Virus record (IMG/VR): IMGVR_UViG_3300009034_000001
Coordinates: 124,001 to 188,000 of that record
Length of the DNA: 64,000 bases
Strand: one strand, 5' to 3'
The notes beneath the pieces were generated by a model. That model saw nothing but the letters and a program-made list of their open reading frames with translations, was not told where the DNA came from and made no database searches. Every line of letters begins with the position of its first letter. The stretch's first letter is position 1. This document shows, one piece after another, positions 56,251-64,000 of this stretch. The translations under genes and the position numbers were made by a program.

Positions 56251-58477
56251 TTTTGACCCTCCAAGGTTATTTCCGTTTCCACGGAAAGCCAGCATGGATA
56301 AAAGCTATCTCATAATCTACATGACCAGAAACAAATTTACCTACAAAAAACCTTTCGGATTGATTTAAGTTTTTAACTGCCTTTTTGTATTCGTTTCTAA
56401 GAAGTTTATCTATCGGTTTTTCTAACTTCTGTGCTATATCTAATAGTTCTGCATAGGTCTTTGTTGTTTTACTCTTCATTTCTCAAACCTCCAAAGCGAG
56501 TGAAATTGTTATTATAAGCGGTTCCGGATCCGCATGAGTATAGCCCTTCTTCGGGCGTTTTACTAAATAGTCACGACGGAAGTACGTTAATCTTATTAAA
56601 CCTCCCTTAATTTCAACTTCATCAGGGATATCCAAATCGAAAGAAACAAGGCGACTCCTATCAGCATACTTCGCACGATATGTCAATTCCCTATACGATT
56701 CAGTACAGTCAAATCTAACCTTTGACCCAAGTGCCCGGATCTCTTGTAGTCGAAGTCTACGTTTTTGTCCCTTGGTTGAAAAGATTACTTCCTTCCCAAC
56801 AAAGGTCTGCAACTTTTGAAATACAGCATCATCAAACTCCGTTGCCCAAGCCATTATTCGACTCCTTATGTTCAAATTTTGTTGTTAAATCGGTTGAATT
56901 TCAACCGCTACGGGAGTTAAATGTTAATCAAAACAAAGTTTCATCTGTCAAAGTGACAATCCCGGAATTTCCGGAATTTCCGGAAATTAATAAACATCTA
57001 CAATTTCGGGCTTTCCATTAAATTCAGTCCATTCTTTACAAGCTTGGTACACAGCCCTTGCAAATCCGGTCCAGTATGAAAACCTAGAATGTAAAAATGT
57101 TTCTTCTCCGGGTTTGAAATCTGATGCAACTTTGTGAATAAGGCTTAAAACTAACTGTTCAAACCCAACTTCAACCGCTGGAACTCCGTCGTAAAGTTTA
57201 GCTACGTTTAACAGGATAATTCGATGAAACCTTTCAACCTCTACCATTTCATCCGGTTCAACACGACAAAATTCGGGATGTAGCCTCAAATCCAAAAGGA
57301 AACGCTGAATTAACATATTGTGAAACTTTATGAAGTGGATTTTACCCTTGTGGGCCAAAGTCATCTTCACACCGGCTTTGGCACTGTTGACATCCTTTTC
57401 CTGTTTCATCGCGTTCTATACCCCCATATTTCATGTCGAGCAACTGTTTTTCAGACAAAGCCTCTTTCAATGATTGTTTATCCAGTTTCAAATTGAGATA
57501 CAACTTTCCACCTTTCAAACTAGCACCCGACACATGTCCAATCTTATTAGAAAATTGCATCTCCAATGTCACCTCGGGACCATTTTTATTTAGTTTAGTC
57601 ACAAGTTGATCCGCCGCCCTCTTAGAAAATCGCATCTTACTTAAATCCAAAATTACTGTGTAAACAGTCATTAATTTTTACCTCCTTACTAAAGCCATTC
57701 CAACGTCTGGATGATATTCCCACAAATGTTTAACATGGTGTTGTAAGACTGAACGTTTAACATGGTAAATGTGTTTAGAACTCGGTTGAAACTTCAAAGG
57801 TGTTCCGCCAGATGGAGTACTTAAATTTACAGCCAGTACAACAAAAGTGTCATAGTTGCCAAGAATGTCGTAACTAAAATCGTCGGGTAAAGCAGTTTCT
57901 GTTGGCCACTTGCCCCACCGCAAGTAAACACCGGGCACTTCATCTCTAAATGCAATTGTCCGACCCTGTGAAAACATAAACGTCACCTCCTTATATCAAA
58001 TGTTCTGGAGTTAATTTACCTTCAATCAACATCCAAGAGAGGAACTGTTGAACTCGAAGTTTGTCAAAACCATACCTTTTTGTAAGTGTGAAATCAATTC
58101 TGTCAATATGGACTTTCTTAAATCCACTCTGTTCATCAAATATTTCCTCAAAAGACATTCCCTCGCCCTTCAACTTTACGTCAAATTTGTCAAGAAACTT
58201 CATAGCTAAGTCAATAATTGCACCCTTGATTATCTCCTCCGACTTCCTTCCGAGTTCCGAATACAATGTCATAATCCTATCAACTAACTCTGAATGATCG
58301 AATTCATGCAAGTATTCCACAACTATTCTGTCAGGATCAAAATTAGGTTTCCAACCGCGATCAAGGGCTTTGTCTATTACTACATCTCCAAGTGCACGTA
58401 ACCTTTTAATTAAAAACGTCTTCCTCATTTTCATGTCGCTCTCCTCGACTCAATCTGATAATTGGAATCCAAAAAAT

Positions 58478-58888
58478 CTAGTCTGGAAGAACTTTCATCT
58501 CCGTAAAGACAGAACAACGAGCAAATTCTGTGCCACCGTTAACTACAGTTGCAATGTCTTGTATACCTGTTGCAACAATATCTCTCACTTCAACCCTTCT
58601 TACAGCTAATTTTGTGAGGTCATCTGTCCAAATCTCAGCATGTAACTTTTTGTGGAAGCCATGGAAGCCGTACGGGTACGTTTCGGAAGTACCATCAGTG
58701 TGGATAACTCCTCGTTTTCGAGATTCTCGACACCTGTAGTCCATTTCCGATACCCACTTCCCAACCGGAACAATCTTGTTAGTATTTCCTTGACAATCAA
58801 GAAATAAATTACCTCGAGTGGTTAACCTAAAGACCTTCCAACAATACTTCCTTCTGGCCTTTCTTATTACTAGTTTATGTAAACACAT
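58478..58888 (-). CDS. unknown phage protein family, paralog 1 of 3
   Basis: MCL..WKVF..Y..GFH.F..VEV..VA.G.Q shared with 60792 and 63547. Confidence 0.7.
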   Translation of the reverse strand: MCLHKLVIRKARRKYCWKVFRLTTRGNLFLDCQGNTNKIVPVGKWVSEMDYRCRESRKRGVIHTDGTSETYPYGFHGFHKKLHAEIWTDDLTKLAVRRVEVRDIVATGIQDIATVVNGGTEFARCSVFTEMKVLPD

Positions 58889-60471
58889 AACTACCTCCTA
58901 CTAGTCAAACTTACAACTAAGGTTATTAAAAATTCATTGCACGATATTCATTTAATTGTGCGCCCATACCCAACGCAAAATTATAAACTTCAACTACGCG
59001 TTGCATATTCTTGCAATGAAACTCTTCAAAAGTTTTATGCACATCTTGGTCAGAACTTACATAAACAGGGTAGTCTTCCATACTAAACTCGTCGCATACG
59101 ACAATCATATGTGTAGCGCCAGACTTCTTCCCGGCTTTAAACCAGGTGATAATGTCTTCTCTCGTAGCTATATCCATACTATACCCCCATTTACCAATCA
59201 AGATCGAATCTTAAAGACTGGGCCCAATCTAGTCCCCGAACGTAATAGAAGGGATTACCAAAAACAGTTCCAAACACATTCTTTAATGCATCTCGTAAGA
59301 GTGACTCATCAGTTCCAGGGAAATCTCGTTTGAGCTTTTCTAAGATAGAATCCATTTTTGAAGACAATCGAACTTTATGATTCTCAATCAAATTGGTAAC
59401 ATCTTCAGACAAGGTATCCAAAAAGTTGCCTACTTCTTCAATCAGATCATCTTCCATATCACATAGGTTCATGTTAGTCACCTCCTTGACGTTCTGTCTT
59501 TCAGTTTACCTTTAGTGCCAATTTCCTTAATGGAACTAACTAATATGTGATAGTTATTTTCTATTCTTGATCCAAAGACTCTAACAAAGTCAGTAGGATC
59601 AACTTCATCCACCAATGTGCCATGTTCTTCCAAATCTCCTGGTACCAATCCAGCCTCGCCACACGGAATGCACTCAAATGTTAAAAGAGTCCGGCCACCT
59701 CGTTTCGTATTTCCCGGCCCTTGTCGGTAATAGTTAACATTAAAAGGAGTACTAACAGTATGAATAGCTTCGTTGTCAAAAATTACAAATTGATCGCCAC
59801 ATTTAATCAATGCAAGCTTTTCTGGATTTGGCTTTAGTGTATCATATTCGGTTCCGGATAGGTATTTCCTTCCAGTTTCATCATCAAGAGTAAATGAAGG
59901 AATTTTATATACTTTAGCTTTTATTAAAGTCACACTACCACCTCCTAATCGTCTTCCTCGTCTTTTTCTACTTCTTCAAAGGTTACAGAAGAATGTTCGG
60001 AAACATTAATCCCGCGTTTTTCCAATTCGCGAATAGCACTTTCGAAGAATAACAAATCGCCTGATGCATAACAATCTGAGTTGTGTATCGAGTCGTTAAG
60101 TTCGACTACCATCTCCTTCAATCTTTCGGTTTCAAATTCAGAAACATGCATTTGCCACCTCCTCATATACCATTTATCCAGCATAAAAACCTTCTCCAAA
60201 GTCGAGCCCATCTGCCAGTAATAGGAATGTAATACATACAAGTCCCATGACAATTCCAAGTTCTATAATCTCTGGTTTCCCATTCACTTGTAAAAGCATT
60301 CCTCAAGGCATTGAACCGACACCTTTCTTTTGGTTTAAACCTAGGCTCAAAATCAACACATTTAATACAAAAAGACTTTTTTTCCGGGATGTTAAAAGCT
60401 TTGTTTACATCCCATAGGTTTAAGCCCATCACAGAACCTCCATTTATGTCGATCTTCTTCTGGAAACAATG

Positions 60472-60758
60472 TCAATGTGTTGCTAAGAAAATGCCAAAAG
60501 CTATTCCTAGAATAAGTCCAAGAATGAATCCATTTCCTGGAACAAGCACGAAATTAGCAACCCGTGTGCAAAATGAGATCTTTTCTTCGTAGAAGCGACA
60601 TTTGCCATCTCTATTTTCCTCTGAAGGATTGATTCTTTTCCTTTCGCCTGGATAAGGATTCATTATTTTATAAAGTCTGCAGGTTTCCCAGAAGATCTCC
60701 AATGTCTACAGTTTTTACAATATACCTTATTTTCAGTTCCTTTTTTTGGCATCATCAT
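60472..60758 (-). pseudogene. frameshifted Cys-rich protein similar to 34121-34378
   Basis: KVYCKNCRHW in one frame and EIFWETC...ENRDGKCRFYE in another; one base missing near 60700. Confidence 0.55.
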
Positions 60759-60791
60759 CCTCTCCTTAGACATAGTCATGTACTAATATTT

Positions 60792-61178
60792 TCACTCATT
60801 AGTTACCTTTGGCAAAATCCGAATCTTTTTACAAACGAACACGGACAGGTTATTTGACCTATCAACATACTGCAAACCAAAAGCAACCGCCTTACTTATC
60901 TCGACTTTACGAACTACCAAACGTCCAAACATTCGCATTCGGTGTTTCCATTTTAAAGCATCTTTCTTGGTATAAAAACAATGCCAACCATTCTCATATG
61001 TGCCCTGTTCATATCCCAAACTAATACGCTTAGGGCCCTTAGCATTCAGCCAAACGTCTACTGGACGAACGGTGCCACAGCCAAAGTACTCCGACTTCAA
61101 CTTATCTGCCATTACAAAGAAAACTTTATAGCCATACCTCGGTTGATATTCGCTTTTCCTAAGATAATCCAAACACAT
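60792..61178 (-). CDS. unknown phage protein family, paralog 2 of 3
   Basis: MCL..YKVF..YENGWHCF..VEI..VAFGLQ. Confidence 0.7.
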   Translation of the reverse strand: MCLDYLRKSEYQPRYGYKVFFVMADKLKSEYFGCGTVRPVDVWLNAKGPKRISLGYEQGTYENGWHCFYTKKDALKWKHRMRMFGRLVVRKVEISKAVAFGLQYVDRSNNLSVFVCKKIRILPKVTNE

Positions 61179-61644
61179 TATACCACCCCCGCATCAGATT
61201 TTGAAGTAACAATGCCATCTCTAAGTAACTCTTTGAGTATCAAAGGGTCAAAGATACAGTGTATAACGCCTTCTAAGTCTGAACAAGTACGAATCCTAAC
61301 ATCACAAAGTTCTAATTGATAGGAATAGACTAACTTTACAAATTCTCTGGTGTTTTTAACAAAAAACCCTTTGTCGTATGCTATATCAATCAGTTTGTGA
61401 ATTACATCTTCGGGTATTACGTGTTTAATCCGCAAGCACATTTCCATATAATTTAACTCCTCCTAACACCTTGTTTTGTTGACCCTAGTTGATAACCACC
61501 ACATTCGTTTTGGTTTTTGAGTTGTTTCCACCACCAATTCTTCACCTGCCGTAACGTACCACGGAAGAAAACTGTTCCATCTACACAATCACATACAATA
61601 TACCTTCTTACTCTTTTCATATTCCAAATTTCCTTTCAAAATAT

Positions 61645-61782
61645 GAGGCTGTAGACTGCGGTCTCCCTGTCCCATTTAACTTTCGACAGGACGTTTATGA
61701 ATTATTGAAGTTACCTCTCTCGGTAGAGGCTTTCCGAGTACTTCAACAACCAAGTGTGTCCTACGGGCTACGAAAGCACCTC
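61645..61782 (-). ncRNA. candidate structured intergenic RNA
   Basis: Nested inverted repeats AGGAC/GTCCT, TTGAAGT/ACTTCAA, CTCGG/CCGAG, CCTGTC/GACAGG. Confidence 0.35.
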
Positions 61783-62780
61783 TTCACAATAAAATCAATT
61801 ACAATGTTAGCGTCGTCTTACCTAAAGCTTCTTTCACATCACTCAATAACGAACGAACGCATTTCGAGAAAGTTTGCGCACGACCATAAATTTCGGGATC
61901 AATTGATTTATGATGTGCATGGAGACAATTTGGGCCTGCAACCTTTCTAGTTGCCTCATAAGCCTGATTTATGACTTCGGTAAGGTTATTTGCCCTCTTT
62001 TCATATTCGTCGACCGAAGGTAAATATTCTAATATGTTCCCACACTCTAGCCACAACTGGGTTAGATATGTACGTGGACACATCCTTAATGTTGCAATTG
62101 ACTCTTTGTGAATCCGCTCCATTTCCTTCTGAAACCCATCTGGCTCATCGTAGACAATCATCGTACTACGTTCCGTTTTCAATATAGAATACTTCTTGTC
62201 CGGAATATGCTTACGCGATATAACAGGTAAACCTTCAAACTCAGTAATTTGGTCAGATCGCAATGTAGAGTCCATAATACCACCTCCTAATGTATTTTTT
62301 ACTTCCATGGACAATATCTTGTACGGTAGTCTTCTAAAACTGGGCCCCCACAACCGTAGGCATAATCATGCAATAGCCACGGGGCAAAACGAAGTAAGTA
62401 CTCACTCATAGGCATCTCTTGTAAACCGTAACCATAGTAAAGTTCATTTTTCAGCTCTGATTGAAAACGAAATTCAAATTCACCTATACATTTCTCATTG
62501 TTATTAAAGTACTTTCTTATCATCCCGCCGTCATTGTGCCAATACTCTTTAAAATAAATCTTAGTTTCACTTGCATCTTCCTTAATTGAAGGAATCCAAC
62601 CTTCTACAACAAGACAATTTCCAAGATCCGTAACCTTTTCAATAATAGCAAGATTTGGATCGACGGTTAGATCACTAGCAAGCAGATTTACGGCGATAAA
62701 TGTCAAAAAAATCCATAGGATTAATATGATCCATGACATTTTTTTACGCCTATCACACATAGACTAACCCCCCCAGAAGA

Positions 62781-63059
62781 TTATCGCGGTTCGGTTGAGG
62801 CTTGATCAGCAAAGTTCATGATTACCTCATCCCATATCTCGGCTAACCAACAGGCCTCCGTATATGAAATTCGGCCAACTTTACCTTCCCTAAGTTCATC
62901 TTGCTTATTCCGATAAAACCGCGGGCCAAGTTGTAATTTACGTTTACCATTGCCATACGATCGAATAGAAACTCCTAAAATCGGATCTCGGCCTTCAAAC
63001 CCGGCGCCTTTCAACGTCCAAACTTTATGAACTTTATCTTTACTAGGTTCATAAGGCAT
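62781..63059 (-). CDS. PC4/YdbC-like ssDNA-binding protein (tentative)
   Basis: VSIRSYGNGKRKLQL...KVGRIS..EA pattern. Confidence 0.4.
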   Translation of the reverse strand: MPYEPSKDKVHKVWTLKGAGFEGRDPILGVSIRSYGNGKRKLQLGPRFYRNKQDELREGKVGRISYTEACWLAEIWDEVIMNFADQASTEPR

Positions 63060-63073
63060 ACCTATGCCACCTC

Positions 63074-63547
63074 CTAATCATATTCTTTCTTTAATACAGC
63101 CTCAACTTCAAGCATGAAAGTCTCATTGATGTTGTAGTACTTTGTATCAAAAAGATCCAAACCATCAAGATACGAATCGTCATAACACTCCTGATCGGTA
63201 TCATAACGTTGAAATCGACTTGCTTTTTTGTGCTCCTTAAGGATATCTTCAACCCCTTCTAATATCTGAAGTACATCATTGAAGGTTGTTGTTTTACCGT
63301 CATAATTTGTTAAAAACAACTTTATATCATCCAACGCAATACTGTAACCATTATCAAACCACTGCGCGAAACCGCCATTCTCAACCTGATAGTTTAAATT
63401 TCCCAAGATTACAGCATTGTAATGTGCTGGGCTAAACTTTTCGTGTATCTCATCAAGGAATTGACTATAAGAGCAACGACCCTTTTTAGATTTCCAAAAG
63501 TCATAGGCCTCATCCATCAGTTTTTGATGTATATCGCACTTTTCCAT
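63074..63547 (-). CDS. DUF4375/DMP19-like acidic protein (possible DNA mimic)
   Basis: YQVENGGFAQWFDNGY; D/E-rich. Confidence 0.7.
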   Translation of the reverse strand: MEKCDIHQKLMDEAYDFWKSKKGRCSYSQFLDEIHEKFSPAHYNAVILGNLNYQVENGGFAQWFDNGYSIALDDIKLFLTNYDGKTTTFNDVLQILEGVEDILKEHKKASRFQRYDTDQECYDDSYLDGLDLFDTKYYNINETFMLEVEAVLKKEYD

Positions 63548-63969
63548 TAATGGATCCTCCTTTCTTTCTTCTTTTGTTCCTCCGGAGGTAATACTCTCAT
63601 CTCTTTAAACACAGAAACAGGCACACGACGACGACCGAACATTTCTTGATGTCCGGTTGCCACAATTCGTCTTACCTCCACCAGGCATACAATCTGACCA
63701 TACCCTTTCCAATCTTCTGCATCTGACTTAAGGTGGAAACCGTGGAAACCTGTTTTATACAGCTTTTCAGACCGAAGTGAATATATGAAATTATGTTTTC
63801 GATTTTTATAGCCTCTACGATCTTTCTCGTTAATCCAGACACCATACGGAATGGCTCGTTTCCTCACGCCCTTACAATCTGATAACAATCTATTTCTCAA
63901 TCCCAAAGTGAAAACTTTCCAGAAGTATCGTTTCCTTACACGTTTCTTTACAACAATGTCTAAACACAT
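63547..63969 (-). CDS. unknown phage protein family, paralog 3 of 3
   Basis: MCL..WKVF..YKTGFHGF..VEV..VATGHQ. Confidence 0.7.
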   Translation of the reverse strand: MCLDIVVKKRVRKRYFWKVFTLGLRNRLLSDCKGVRKRAIPYGVWINEKDRRGYKNRKHNFIYSLRSEKLYKTGFHGFHLKSDAEDWKGYGQIVCLVEVRRIVATGHQEMFGRRRVPVSVFKEMRVLPPEEQKKKERRIH

Positions 63970-64000
63970 GTGGTTACACCTCTCGGCGCAATGTGATTAA

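Noticed and set aside
60472-60758. Programmed frameshift in the Cys-rich gene
   Set aside because: No slippery sequence at the junction; a 1-bp deletion (mutation or sequencing error) is simpler.
161-62411. Plus-strand ORFs in the track (e.g. 50280-50753, 33655-33861, 61705-61950)
   Set aside because: They shadow minus-strand genes or structured gaps and show no recognisable motifs.
1-64000. Genome-wide stop-codon reassignment (TGA=Trp/Gly or TAG=Gln)
   Set aside because: Long conserved genes are intact in code 11 and end at TGA (often in ATGA overlaps, e.g. 3914, 12480, 35304) or TAG. Only one convincing internal TGA was found.
1-64000. Cellular chromosome origin suggested by rpmA, transketolase and cca
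   Set aside because: Single-strand coding, dense small orphans, a lysis cassette and missing operon partners (e.g. rplU) favour a phage.

Overview
Segment of a large dsDNA bacteriophage genome. It is AT-rich, nearly all credible genes lie on the minus strand with GGAGG-type RBSs and frequent ATGA overlaps, many ORFs are small orphans, and no capsid or tail genes are recognisable. A GH108 endolysin, holin and spanin-like cassette points to a diderm host. Recognisable content: (i) a dispersed 7-deazaguanine DNA-modification pathway (QueD, a nuclease-domain-QueE fusion, QueC-like, TGT/DpdA-like) with a motif-altered D12-type methyltransferase coupled to the TGT-like gene; (ii) an RNA-repair and translation kit (Thg1-like, two ligase-family NTases, CCA-adding/HD, Pol-beta NTase, tRNA-Ala, tRNA-Pro with A37, ribosomal protein bL27); (iii) SbcCD, three DEDD/RNase H-fold exonucleases, ClpP, Lon-type protease and an AAA ATPase; (iv) metabolic genes (split transketolase, nicotinate PRTase, OCD/AlaDH, NDP-sugar epimerase, B12 radical SAM, VIT1). 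The most striking unannotated signal is a HAD phosphatase gene with an in-frame UGA followed by a bacterial SECIS-like hairpin, a candidate phage-encoded selenoprotein. Three intergenic structured-RNA candidates are also visible. All calls come from motif recognition by eye; no searches were run.
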